A stretch of DNA of 64,000 bases from Squalus acanthias (taxonomy: Eukaryota), in NCBI GenBank assembly GCA_030390025.1, contig CM059434.1, positions 112,406,001 through 112,470,000 on the forward strand, given 5' to 3'. Below, piece after piece: positions 24,690 through 37,080 of this stretch (the stretch's first letter is position 1; every line of letters begins with the position of its first letter). Made by a program: the position numbers and the translations under genes. The notes beneath the pieces are model-generated. The model had not been told where the DNA came from. It worked only from the letters and a program-made list of their open reading frames with translations, and searched no databases.

Positions 24690-24965
24690 TTTTAAGAGGC
24701 TGGATGTGTTCTTTTTGGAAAAAGAGATGACTTCTAGGTGACCAAGCTAGTGGTTCAAAGATTTTGAAGGAGATTGACAAAGTTGATCAGAGGAAATTTT
24801 TGTTTACCATGGAAAAGGGTCAAATACCAGAAAGAAAAATGTAAAAGTTTGAAGTCAGGAGTAAGAAGGGAAATCGGATGAGGAACTGAAGGATTTGGCC
24901 ATTAGGTAAGGTTCAGATCAATGAAAAAGGGATTGACTTATTGGTCCTAATGGCCTCTTCCTGTT
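24690..24965 (+). mobile_element. Highly degenerate CR1 3' fragment
   Basis: aggctggatgtgttctttttggaaaaagagatgacttctaggtgacc..gttcaaagattttgaaggagattgacaaagt..ggtcctaatggcctcttcctg. Confidence 0.55.
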
Positions 24966-27805
24966 GCTTAAAATCCACGTCACTTTTTCCAGCTTTCGTT
25001 GGGACAACTGTACAATATATTTAAAAATTAAGATACAGTACCAAGATTGCTTTCTGCTTAAACAGCTAATTTATTAAACATGGATAAAGACAGCAAAACA
25101 AGGACATAAAGATTTTATATTTCAAGATGCCCCTGTGTATGTGGGGCAAGAGAGCGAGAATGTGAAGACAATTAATTTTAAGATACAGTTGTCACATTTA
25201 CTTCTTTAGTTATTTTGATTATATTTTCACACTGAAGATTGATGTCTGGTTGGTCTGACAGTCAAGAAAGGGTCATTGCATGAATAATATGGATAGCTTA
25301 GGGGAGGATTCTATTAATTCAGGATGTTATCTAGAAATTAGTGGTTTACCCAATATAGGGTTGAAAGCTTGCAAGTAAAGCATGTTTAAGCATTTGGTTT
25401 TGTTCCCTCCCCTTTATTTTCGAAACAATTAAAGAATGGAATCTATGCAGTACCAAGTCAGCAACATTTTAGTTAATAAATCATAATTCCAATCGATTTG
25501 TTCAGTACGGATTCAGTGAGGATCTAAAGGGTTTAAGTTCTAAACCTTTGAAAAATTCCGAGCATAAAAGTTTTTGTTCCTTGATAATATGGATACAGTG
25601 TTCTCAGCTGATAATCAACTTCCCTTGTATTCTGTCGACGCCTTCACTGTATACCTTGGACTGGGGACACTTCGAACATATTGCAATTTTCCATTACTCC
25701 TCCCGCCAACTACTGTATCACATTGAAGTTTTTAATCTGGAACTACTTACAACTTGGACTTCGCAGGCAGGATGGAAACTGCTCTGGCTTATCCAGTGAG
25801 TCAACAGGAAACCACTTGTCCAGTTCTGTCTCTGTTGTCCACTAAATACTAAAAGCTTGACAGATATTGGGGTATGGGACTAATAAGCATTTAATACAAG
25901 TACTACTACATTTACTTCAATATATGATGAGAAATCACTGGAGGGTTGAAAGTAGGGCCAGTTCTTGTACACAAACCATTGAGGTGGATGATACCATGGC
26001 TCACGTGCGGGAGTGCAATCACCCTCCTCCTGTCCAGATAGTGTTCTCTCTGTTCTGGAACTTCTGATTTCTACACTTCAGCTATTAAGAAGCTATAAAA
26101 CTTTATGTATAATGTATTTGGAAAAAAGGTCCTTATTGGATCCTCCATTCCATTGAAAGCTTCAACTGATCCAGCTGTCCTTGATGCCTTCGGCACTATT
26201 CTGTACGGATTCTCCGATTCTATAATGGGACCATTTTTAGTGCAGTAGTATTTTTTTCTGTTAGGTGTTGCCAATTCTCAAACTACAAAAAAAAAGTTGA
26301 CCCTCAGTTTCTTTCACCGTGCGTTTTTTGAGCCAGAGCCAACTAACAAGACACAAGAGCACTCCTATCTCTGTAGAATTGTATTGACAGCAATCCAGTT
26401 TTACAGATCCAAGATAATAAGGAATTAATCTTAGTTCTGGTCATTTAAAGTGTGCCCCAAGGAACTAGAGTGCTGGATATTTCACAAATCACCATCTACA
26501 ACATCCCCACCTTACTGCCTTAAGTGACTGACTGAAGAGCTACAAACGATCCTGCCACTGAACGCAGCAACCAGCACATTAAAAGGCACGCCAACTTTAT
26601 CACTAGTGTTTGGTAAAATTAAGTTTGTTTCCAAATGCACACGATTATGTAAATCATGTTGAATTGCACTATTGCATCTACTTCAGTTGTAATCTGATGA
26701 CCAAAAAATGACACGGCTCTTCTGCCTCATCTCACTCAAGAAAAAAATTCTAAACACTTTCTCCCCATGAAGAAAACGCCTCTATCACAAGTCCACGACA
26801 CACTCAGAATTACAACTGCAACATACTATATGCTGAACACACTCATCTTCTGAAGCCCCAGGTAGAACACAGTATAAAAGCCAAGATTATCACACTTATG
26901 ACTAGGTCATTCCCTCTACATAAATCCAAGAATAACATACAGAGATAAAACTGTGACAGACATAAAAGTACTGTGCACAAGATATTTTTACATTTTTGTG
27001 GCAACCAATTTTTCCAACTGAAACTCTTGGTTTTATTCTCTCTTCATTTTTGTGAAGAATTTCTACACAGAAATGATCATCAGCATTATAGCCTACCCTC
27101 TGTCAAACAATGAAGACCAAGCTTCAATAGCCTAGTAACTAGTAGTGCCGCACACTGGACTTGAACTATAAAACTGTACGGTTGCACTACAGCCTTCACG
27201 ATAAAATTTGCCCAAGTTTCAATGTCATACTTGTACCACTTGGCACTATTGATACTAGTATTGCAGTGTGGCCAGAACAATTTGCAATACTAGTACGACT
27301 GTGACATTGACATGGCTCCATTTATAGTTGCCCGGACAAGGTGATTGCGGCCGCCTCTCACTGTGGCAATTGTTTTTACAACTGAATTGCTTGCTAGACT
27401 AAAATAAGGAGGTATGTCAGCGCAAGAGGATATGTATGGGATACTATAAAAAGTTAGAAATAGAGAAGGATCATTAAAGTTAGTTTTTGCTGCAAATTTA
27501 TTTTGCTTTCCTGGTGCTTTTCAAGCTTGAGCATCAAAAACCGGGAGAAAATGGAGTGGAAAAAATGGAGTTTAAAATAAACCCAGGTAAATTTGGAGAA
27601 CAATCCTTTTTTTATTAGAAACATCACTAAAACTCAAGACGACAAGAGCTAAATGACATCCCAGTTACTTAAACAGTTCACAGTGCCCACTTCTATGGGC
27701 CTCAATAGCAGTTCCAAAAATTCTTGACAAGTGTGAGCTTGCAGCAATTGTGTTAACCAAATGGGATAAGAAGTTTAAAAGTAAATGGGGCAAGAATTCC
27801 GAACG

Positions 27806-27984
27806 CTCCCTGGTCTTTGCAGGTCCCAAGATGTGAGGGCATTGCGTTAATGACATCATCATGCACGTCGCATATTGGCATATGTTAAGTGATGTTTATC
27901 ACGTGCAAGGCATACATCATACAAACGTTCACAATATCACTCATGCGATGCCCACACATCTTGGGACCACAGAAGACCAGGGAG
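27806..27984. repeat. Imperfect palindrome (~51-bp arms, ~76-bp spacer), probable old MITE
   Basis: ctccctggtctttgcaggtcccaagatgtgagggcattgcg.. versus the reverse complement of ..tgcgatgcccacacatcttgggaccacagaagaccagggag. Confidence 0.8.
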
Positions 27985-28867
27985 AATGTGTCATTTTCCA
28001 GGTCAGAATCAGGAAGGAACTTCTTTTTACTAATCTACCAACCTGAAAAAAATCTGGGTATTGAATATTGGAGGAAGAAAAGGTAATGGAAGAAATGGTA
28101 AAAACTGATTTTAATGATTCCCTACAAATAGGCCGCACTACCTATGTGATATTACTATCAAATGTCATCCAACTAGTTTATAGGTTCCAAACGCATCACA
28201 TTTTCCAGCCCAGTGATTGTGTCTATTTACTTAATATATGCAAAAATATCACCTGGATGCAAAACCTATTGAAAATAACACGCCTCCTTTACAGCTTTCA
28301 TTAGATCAAATATGGAAATTGTTACAGTGAAAAGCAGAATTATGCAGTTGGGAAGTTTCCACAATTGTCCTACAAACCCTCATGTATCCACTTGTGAAAG
28401 GTGGTGTGTGCATGAGTTGTCATGAGTCACGCAATCACAATCTGAACTGAAAGGCAATCAGTTTGTGTGTCATTTGGGGCCAAATTTATAGCAGTTCATC
28501 TTTGCAAAACATTATTGTTACATTCATGATGCAAGAATGGAAATGCATACTTAAATCACTACACTGTATATTCAACTGAACATTTCTAAAATAATGTATG
28601 AACACAATTGAGGTTTGTAACCAAGTTTGCCAATTTTGTGACTTTGTAAAATGACTTGCACCAACTGGATCATTTCACACCAGAGCAACTTGCACTACAA
28701 TCAAAGTTCATAGAATCATCGAAATTTACGGAACAGAAGGAGGCCATTCGGCACATCTTGTCCGTGCTTATATTCTATGCCTTGGCTAATAAAGGCAAGT
28801 ATCCCGTATGCCTTCTTAACCACTTTATCTACCTGTCCTGCTACCTTCAGGGATCTGTGGACATGCA

Positions 28868-28993
28868 GAGAGTCATACAGCACAGAAAGAGGCCCTTCAG
28901 CCCATCGTGTCTGTGCCGGCCATCAAGCCCTGTCTATTCTAATCCCATTTTCCAGCACTTGGTCCGTAGCCTTGTATGCCATGGCGTTTCAAG
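28868..28993 (-). mobile_element. CR1 3' tail nested in CR1
   Basis: agagtcatacagcacagaaagaggcccttcagcccatcgtg..cacttggtccgtagcc. The host resumes gacatgca|cgccaaggtccctc. Confidence 0.75.
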
Positions 28994-29025
28994 CACGCCA
29001 AGGTCCCTCTGATCTTCTGCACTTC

Positions 29026-29665
29026 AGCAAGCAATTAGGAGAGCAAATGGTATGTTGGCCTTTATTACAAGAGGATTTGAGTATAAGAGTAAAGACGTCT
29101 TACTGCAATTATATAAGGCCCTGGTGAGACCACACCTGGAGTATTGTGTACAGTTTTGGTCTCCTTACCTAAGAAAGGATATACTTGCCATAGAGGGAGT
29201 GCAACGAAGGTTCCTGGGATGGGGGGATTATCCTATGAGGAGAGATTGAGTAGACTCAGCCTATATTCTCTGGAGTTTAGAAGAATGAGAGGTGATCTCA
29301 TTGAAACATACAAAATTCTTATAGGGCTTGACAGGGTAGATGCAGGGAGGATGTTTCCCCTGGCTGGGTGTCTAGAACCAGGGGTCACAGTCTCAGAATA
29401 AGGGGTCGGCCATTTAGGACTGAGATGAGGAGAAATTTCTTCACTCAGAGGGTGGTGAATCTTTGGAATTCTCTACCCCAGAGGGCTGTGGAGGCTCAGT
29501 CGTTGAGTATATTCAAGACAGAGATCGATAGATTTTTGAATATTAAGGGAATCAAGGGATACGGGGATAGTGGAGATGAGGTAGAAGATAAGCCACAATC
29601 TTATTGAATGGCAGAGCAGGCTCGAAGGGCCAAATGGCCTACTCCTGCTCTTATTTCTTATGTTC
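29026..29665 (+). mobile_element. CR1 (HER1-like) 3' fragment nested in CR1
   Basis: MLAFITRGFEYKSKDVLLQLYKALVRPHLEYCVQFWSP..RNFFTQRVVNLWNSLP; tail cttatttcttatgttc. Confidence 0.93.
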
Positions 29666-32534
29666 TCAGTGTCTTAGCATTTAATGTGTATTCCCTTGCC
29701 TTGTTAGCCTGCCCCAAATGCATTACCTCACACTTCTCCAGATTGAATTCCATTTGCCACTGTTCTGCCCACCTGACCAGTCATTAATATCTTCCTGCAG
29801 TCTGCAGCTTTCTTCTTCATTATCAACCACACAGCCAATTTTTGTATCATCTGCAAACTTTTTAATCATAATTCCTACATTCAAGTCCAAATCATTGATA
29901 TATACCACAAAAAGCAAAGGACCCAGTACTGAGCCCTGCAGAACCCCACTGGAAACAGCCTTCCAGTCACAAAAGCACCCTTCGACCATTACCCTTTGTT
30001 TCCTGCCTCTCAGTTAATTTTGTATCCAACTTGACATTTTGCCTTGGATCCCATGGGCTTTTACTTTCGTGACCAGTCTGCCATGCAGGACCTCATCAAA
30101 AGCCTTGCTAAAATCCATATAGACTACAATCCATATAGACTACATTAAACGTACTACTCTCATCGACCCTCCTTGTTACCGCCTCAAAAAATTCAATCAA
30201 GTTAGTCAGACACGACCTTCCCTTAACTAATCCATGCTGACTGTCCCTGATTAATCAGTGTCTTTCTAAATGAAGATTTATCCTGTCCCTCAGAATTTTT
30301 TCCAATAATTTTCCCACCACCGAGGTTAGGCTGACTGGCCTGTAATTACTCGGTCTATCCTTTTGAGTTCAGATTGTTACACTAGACTTGTTCTTTTAGG
30401 GAGATCTGAATTCACCAAACATAACTTCAGGCCAGTTTTACTGGCTCCATTAAATTTTTTTTTAAAGTATTTAGAGCAGGATTACCCAAGTATGTGTTAT
30501 GTATGCAGTGACATTGTGCCAGTTAGAACTAGAATCAGTTTGGAGATGAATAGCTTGATGCTGACCACACCAGAGCTGGTTTTGTTGCTTCTGACCATGG
30601 CCAGTTTGGTTACAAACCATTGTGTTATTTGCTGCACCTCAGTGACTGAATTTTAGCCAATTTCAGAATTGTCTGTTTTCCAAAGTTCACTGTAACCTGG
30701 ACAAAATCTGCAGCCAGTATTTTGTGGGCCACTTTTAAAAAAAATTAAGCACTACTTGCTAACAGAAAAATTTATGGGATGTAACTGGAATCTATACACA
30801 AAGAAAAGTACATGGAACCAATTCATTATGAAATACCTTAGGAATGCGACCACATCACTTGGAAGCAGAGCAACTCCACTGAAAAATTAAACACCGATGA
30901 GGATTCATCCCTAATTTAAGCAGCCTAATTAAATGAACTGTAAAATAATATATACATGCAGTACAACAGCAGATCAGCAGGGGAAAACAAAAATAAAACT
31001 TTACTTCTACATCTAACAAAAGCACATTAACCATGACATTGCCCCAGCAAACCGGCCAATGATCAAGACAGCATACATGCTTCACATCAACCTCTACATA
31101 CCTTACAAAACACCAACCTTCGCAATAAGAGAATATGCTTTAAATCAAACACCGAACAGCAGACATGTTTTCCATGGGATTTATTATGAAGCACTGAAAT
31201 GTTACTGGAGCATATTTTACCCTCTTCAGTTCAGGGAGTTTCAAGTTACACACTGACTTCTACCATAGGAAACAGATGTGTTACAAGTGGAGATTGCAGC
31301 TTGTGTCATTTTAAATTGATCAGGGGAAATTAAAGGGACATACAGCTGTGCTTTATGGGGGGAGGGTGCGATACATCTCAAAGCAGGAACTTCAGTTACA
31401 TCAGATGTATCTAGAATTTAACAGCAGAACGGCAGCTCTAGCTGCTCAGCAACTAATCCCCAATTGGAAAGTAAGGAGTTCAAGTTCCATGGTTACTCAT
31501 CACTTCAGCACAATTCGGTTACTGTGAATTGCCCAATTCTCAGCTGTTTTGCAAGATGCAGCGCTACATAGAAATGAGGTACTGCTCTTTGCATGTGTAG
31601 AGACAGGAGCAATTATTCACTGATGTCACAGCACATACCCCTTACATGTGGTAACTAAAGTGGGTGAAAACATTTCCTTCTGGCATTAACTTCTGGATTT
31701 CAGTTCCGTAACCCTCAATCTAACATTTCTTCAATTCACAGCAGAAATATCAGATGTGTCTCCTAAAGGTAAAGCACATCACTTTGGAAAAGAACCTTAA
31801 TTCCTCTGTCTCACTACAAAAAGCATTTGTTTCATCAGCTGAGAGTAGCCCAGCACTGGTATTCAGTGGTTTTTGGAGCATGGTTTACATAATCCACTCA
31901 GCCAACTTTCCATCTAAAAGACAAGAGAAAAACATTCAACAGGAGATATTATGAAGAATGATCAATAGCATTAATAATGCTTTGCTGTGTCAAGGGATAA
32001 GTATGCAACATCAATGAGTTGTTCTTGTATGGGGTTAGAAAAAGATTAGTATAAAGTGGAATCTTCCTATCATTACGAGGACTGTCTTTTGAGTGTAAAT
32101 AGAATGAAATGTATACATCAGACCGATGTAACTGTTACACTCCCAACTCTTACAGCATTTGGCAAAACATCATGCATGCTGGTGTGTACATTACATCCCA
32201 AGTTCACTGATCATATGTTACCTGTGTTGAGGCTTATGCATTGGATTTTATGGGTAAAATGGTTATAAGGTTGCAATTTTTTTTATATATAGTGCTTGCA
32301 ATGTGTCTGGCAAATGGAACAAAGAAAAATTATTGACACTGTCTTAACTCAGCACTTATTGAAGCATTTTGATTGCTTATTCCCAATATAGAAACACTAG
32401 CAAATTAACTTCAGGAACTGCAATCTTAATAAAAGAGGTTTCTGGGGTACCACAGAGACTTATTTAAGTTACAGGAATTTGTCAGCATATTTCGCTAGAG
32501 CAATTTGCAGAAGTATTTAACACTGTTACACAAC

Positions 32535-32830
32535 TCAACTTATAACACCATTAACTAAATAAAATGTCCCAAAATGCACTTCACAAGCATGGACAATCAT
32601 TGGAGACTAGAAATGGGGAGTGGACTGAAAGAGATAGGGTTTTGAGGGGGATTTTGAAGAAAGAAAGAAAGATATAGCAAGGCAGAAGGGCCCGAGTAGG
32701 ATGATCTAAACTCAGACAAGTGTGGGGCCAAAAACGGCTGATGGCCCTACAGCTGAAAATGGAACAAAATCAAGGGATGCAAAGGAGGCCAGAATCAGAA
32801 GAATGGAGGACGGGTACAGGGGCACAGGGC
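32535..32830 (-). mobile_element. Old L2 3' fragment
   Basis: Weak match to 57060-57360 (caacttataacaccattaac..aaaatgtcccaaaatgcacttcaca..gggttttgagggggattttgaag). Confidence 0.45.
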
Positions 32831-33311
32831 TGAAATGAGGAATAGCAGCTCCATTTCAACAGCAGCATCGGCAGGAAATTTCTTCATCATCATCACCTGC
32901 TCCCATTGCTGTGAAGTTGGGGAAGTCAGAGCTTAGCACAAGCATACTCGCTGCACATGCATGAACTGCTTCTTCCCACCCGCAAGGCCAATGGCTAACC
33001 AGGGTTGTATGTGATCATGGAATCCTTGAATAAGCAAGCGCATTGCTCAGCCCCTCACTCGCCCGTCACCATTCCGGTCAGATGCTGCTTGGGTGATCAA
33101 ATGCTGCTGCATTGGGCCGGAAATCGTGATCTCAATATTTTTGAGTGACTAAGAGTTGCCATCCAAAGAAAGAAAGACTTGCATTTATATAGCGCTCGTC
33201 ACGACCACCGGACATCCCAAAGCACTTTACAGCCAACAAAGTACTTTTGAAATAACAGAAAATGCTGGAAACACTCAGCAGGCCAGGCAGCATCCGTGGA
33301 GAGAGAAACAG

Positions 33312-33348
33312 AGTTAACGTTTCAGGACTGGGACCCTTCATCAGAACT
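33312..33348 (-). ncRNA. Minimal hammerhead ribozyme motif (inverted arm)
   Basis: Reverse complement reads AGTT-CTGATGA-A-GGGTC-cca-GTCCT-GAAA-CGT-T-AACT, with one stem II mismatch. Confidence 0.65.
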
Positions 33349-33575
33349 GGAAAAAGCTGGAGATGTAACAGATATTAAGCAGGTGCAGCGACAGGGGGCA
33401 GGGGGCGGGGCACGGAGGAAGGAATTGAAGGAACATACTGTACTTATGTAACATTTTATCTTTCCTGCCTCTTACATGAGCACAGTATATTCCTTCAATT
33501 CCTTCCTCCCCTGCCCCTGCCCCCGCCCCCCGCCTCTGCACCTGCTTAATATCTGTTACATCTCCAGCTTTTTCC

Positions 33576-33612
33576 AGTTCTGACGAAGGGTCCCAGACCT
33601 GAAACGTTAACT
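33576..33612 (+). ncRNA. Minimal type I hammerhead ribozyme motif
   Basis: AGTT-CTGACGA-A-GGGTC-cca-GACCT-GAAA-CGT-T-AACT: stem I AGTT/AACT and palindromic ACGT stem III. Confidence 0.78.
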
Positions 33613-34924
33613 CTGTTTCTCTCTCCACGGATGCTGCCTGGCCTGCTGAGTGTTTCCAGCATTTTCTGTTGCTATTTCAGATTTCCAGCATCCGCAGCAT
33701 TTTGCTGAAGTACTTTTGAAGTGTAGTCACTGTTGTAATGTAGCACCATAGCATGCAGCAGCATTAGGCAAGAGTGGCAGTGATAGATGAATTTGGGAGG
33801 GGGTGGGGGGGGGCAGAAAAGAGAAAAAAAAGTGGGTAAACAGTGCCAGCCTGAGTGGAGGAAAAAAATACCAGTGTGAAATGGGGTGAAGGGAGGGAGG
33901 GAATTACAGTCACTCTGTAAACGAGGACGGAGGGGGAACAACAGACAATTTCAAAACTATTCAACATTCCAGAAAATAATTTAGCAGCCTTCAGGGAAGA
34001 GTGCCAAAACATATCCCACAATTCTTTTGCACTGAAGTGTCAACACTGCAGATTGGGCCACAGGAGCTCAGAGAGTCAAGATACTGGAGAATGCTAATCT
34101 AAGTCTTCTATAACTACATATGGGGCTGGAAAAGCACAATTTTAAAGAGTCTGTATAAAAAGGCTGATAAAACTGCCGTGAGAAGGGACACAGATTAATG
34201 GGACATATTCACAGACTTGGAACTGGTTTCGCTTTAAATGGATTGTTATTTGCATAACATTACAGCATCAAAAGTAAACGGGACAACTAATTTGAATATC
34301 TTGCCCAATACTGCATCAGAAATGGAAAGAATGCAAACTGATGAAATTTTTGATTAATCACTTATCTGCAGACATTAAACAGCTACGGGTTCAACCTTGT
34401 AACTGAAACAGGGGCCAGTCGCATATTTACACAAACAAATTTAAAACTGGAAGATTTCTCAAAGCTTTTGATAAAATAAAATCATCAGTTAGAACTTTTG
34501 TTTCACCACATCCCCCCACCCCACCTCAAATCACAACCATTTACCAAAACACTTCCTCAAAGTGCATGAACAAGAGAACTAGACTTCCCACAACCTCTAC
34601 AGGTAATTTATTACTGAAATAATTATTTATCACGGAGGCAAGAGCTTAGTTTAACCACAGATCCCACAAATATTTTACCAGTGGGGGCCTGAAATTGTTA
34701 AATGAGCAGAAGGGGAAAAACCTTCAAAAACCTTCCTGCCTCCTTTCATTCACCCCTTTATCATTGGGTTGGGTAGAAGTAGACACACACGAACTTCAGG
34801 ATAGTTAAAACTTTGTAGGAGTATGTACGCACCACATTAGAGGAGTGCAGACTTCTAGTCTCCCACACACAAATAGAAAATATTCAAGTAAGCTACTTCT
34901 CCCAGTACACAAAACAGGAAGTTA

Positions 34925-35260
34925 AATAGAATTTACAGCCCAAAACAGGCCAGTCAGCCCAATTGGCCTAGTCCGGTGTTTTATGCTCCACACGGACCTC
35001 CTCCCACCCTCCTTAATCTAACCCTATCAGCAGATCCTTCTATTCTTTTCTCCCTCATGTACTTATTTAGTTTCCCCTTAAATGTATCTGTGCTATTCAC
35101 CTCAACGACTCCTTGTGTTAGCGAGTTCCACATTCTAACCACTCTCTGGGGTAAAGAGGTTTCTCCTGAATTCCTTATTGGATTTATTCATGAATATCTT
35201 ATATTTATGGCCCCTACTTTTGGACCACCTCACAAGTGGAAATATCTTCTCTACATCTAT
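34925..35260 (-). mobile_element. CR1 3' fragment
   Basis: atagaatttacagcc..aacaggcc..tttatgctccacac..gagttccacattctaaccactctctgggg; same subfamily as 51412-51920. Confidence 0.85.
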
Positions 35261-35284
35261 GGCCTTCTAAAATCTTTTTTTAAT

Positions 35285-35852
35285 ATGCCAGGAAGCACTT
35301 CTTTTTGCAGAGGTTCATCAATCGCTGGGGAAAATTGCCAGAATGTGCAGAGTATGGATTTGCTTCAGACGTTCAAAAGGGAGTTGGACAAGTTCCTGTG
35401 AGGAGAAGACACTGAATTACAGAAGGTAGGTGGGGCTGGCTGTGTATCAAATGCTGGAGTCGCTTGGAGCTTGCTTGATTGCCCTCAGGAGTCAGAGAGG
35501 AATTTCACCAGAGCTTTTTTTTTTCCCTGAATTGTCCCAAGGAATTTTCCTGTTTTTTTGTCTCTTCCAGGAGATTGTGTGCCTGGGGGAGTTGGTTAAT
35601 GGTGTTAATACGCAAGCTGCACCAAAACCAGATAGGACAGGCTGGGTGACCAGCAATGTTCCCTTTAAGCTGTGCGGCCGCGCAGCTCTCAGGACCTCGC
35701 GCGCAGCAGGCTCGCCGGCTTTGCAATGAAAAAAAACTGCGCATGTGCGGTATTTTGAATGGGCCACGCAGCTCCTTAAAGGGGCCGCACACCCAAAAAA
35801 GAGGGAACATTGGTGACCAGTTCATTCTTTCTCATCCTTGTTCTTATGTTTC
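35285..35852 (+). mobile_element. Old CR1 3' end with long 3' UTR, interrupted by a hAT MITE
   Basis: ..ttctttttgcagagg..ttcaaaagggagttggacaagttcctg (FKRELDKFL)..tail ttcttatgtt. Confidence 0.6.
35654..35812. mobile_element. hAT-type MITE, 159 bp
   Basis: 11-bp TIRs caatgttccct / agggaacattg and a perfect 8-bp TSD gtgaccag (35646-53 and 35813-20). Confidence 0.92.
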
Positions 35853-35914
35853 GTAACTTGGGTTAGTGAGAGGTTTGAGCTCTTTAACACCAGGGTGATG
35901 ATCAACACCACCAA

Positions 35915-37080
35915 CTTTAACACAAAAACATAAGGTGCTTCAACAAGGTGCACAAAAAATGAATACTGAGCCAAAAGAGAGATTAGGATGGGTGAGTAAA
36001 AGCTTAATCCAAGAGCTGAGTTTTTAACGAAGATCTTAAAAGGAGGAAAGGTTGAAAGGTAGAGGAGTTTAGAGAGGGAATTCCAGAGCTTTGAGCCTTG
36101 ATGGCTGAAGGCATAGTGTCCTTTGTGGCTCAGTGGTAACACTCTCATCTATGAGTCAGAAGGTTGTGGGATCAAGTCCCACTCCAGAAACTTGAGCACA
36201 ATAATCCAGCCCGACACTTCAGTGCAGTACAAAGGAAGCTGTCGGAGATGCAGTCATTTTTGGATGAGACGTTAAACTGAGGCCCCATCAAGTAGACATA
36301 AAAGATCCCATGGCACCATTTTGAAGAGGAGCAGGGGAGTTCTCCCCAGTGTCCTGGCCAATATTTATCCCTCAATCAACATCACAAAAAAAAATTATCT
36401 GGTCATTTATTTCACTGTCATTTGAGGCAGCTTGCTGTGCGCAAAGTGGCTGCCATGTTTCCTACATTCCAACAGTGACTACACTTCAAAAGTACTTAAT
36501 TGGCTTTGGGAATTCCGGAGGTCATGAAAGGTGCTATATAAATGCAAGATTTTTTTTTCTATGGCTGCCAATGGTTGGGTGAAGTGAGAGTGCATGCTCA
36601 AGAAGCTGGGATCAGAGGAGTAGAGTTGGGTGGGGGGGAGGGGGCCGTAGAGGGGAAAGGTTAGGTCTCGAGAAGGTTACAGAGATAGAGAAGGGTGAAG
36701 CCATGGGGGGATTTAAACACAATGATGAAAATTTAATGTTTGAGGCTTCTTCAGCACTGACAGAGGTAATAAGCAAGCAGGACTTGGTGCATAATGCAAT
36801 ATGGGCAGCAAGATTTTGGGAGAGCTGAAGTTTATGGAGTTGGGAGGCCAGACAGAACAGCACTGGAGGTGACAAAAGACACATATGAGGGTTTCAATGA
36901 CAGATGGACAGAGGTAGGAGCAGAGGTAGCCCATGTTAGAGGTGGAAGTAAGTGGTCTTTACAGTGGAGTTGATAAGGGAAGCTCCGCTCAAAGTCAAAC
37001 AAAATGCTGAGATTGCAAACAGTCTGGGTCAATGGCTGAGGAGCGGGATGGAGTCAGTGGTGAGGGTATGGAGTTTGTAG
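35915..37080 (-). mobile_element. L2 LINE 3' portion split by a SINE
   Basis: Colinear with 57060-57856. Minus ORFs give LHKLQLSQNLAAH and TTDSIPLLSH, L2 ORF2 remnants. Confidence 0.8.
36117..36560 (+). mobile_element. Near full-length SacSINE1-like DeuSINE (tRNA head, Deu domain, L2-like tail)
   Basis: A box tggctcagtgg (36126), B box ggatcaagtcc (36169), Deu-domain ggatgagacgttaaactgaggcccc..aaagatcccatggcac..gtgtcctggccaa, and tail aaggtgctatataaatgcaag shared with L2. Confidence 0.88.

Larger units (their letters stand above)
28709..30362 (-). mobile_element. CR1 LINE (host) carrying two nested CR1 insertions
   Basis: Colinear with the antisense CR1 at 43784-44590. RT motifs GVLQGSVLGPLLF and KFADDTKIG are in ORF 29723-29989. 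Interrupted at ~28868 and ~29026. Confidence 0.9.
33252..33707 (+). mobile_element. Non-coding Penelope pLTR fold-back element (second family)
   Basis: Arms ~33251-33451 and 33472-33675 are reverse complements around a 20-bp spacer; ~30-nt 3' tail; 13-bp TSD aagtacttttgaa (33239-51 and 33708-20). Confidence 0.9.
33166..33745 (-). mobile_element. SacSINE1-like DeuSINE 3' fragment split by a Penelope insertion
   Basis: aaagaaagacttgcatttatatagcg..aagtacttttgaa [insert] aagtacttttgaagtgtagtcactgttgtaatgtag. The uninterrupted form is at 58738. Confidence 0.85.

Noticed and set aside
15366-26282. Chain of possible minus-strand exons (near 26280, 25915-26065, 25751-25841, 23845-23983, 21259-21327, 19733-19826, 15470)
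   Set aside because: Some phases are compatible, but others lack a usable donor or have in-frame stops at the acceptor. The joined peptide resembles nothing I recognise, and such units arise readily in T-rich sequence.
36117-36190. tRNA gene
   Set aside because: A and B boxes are present but continue into a Deu domain and L2-like tail, so this is a SINE head.
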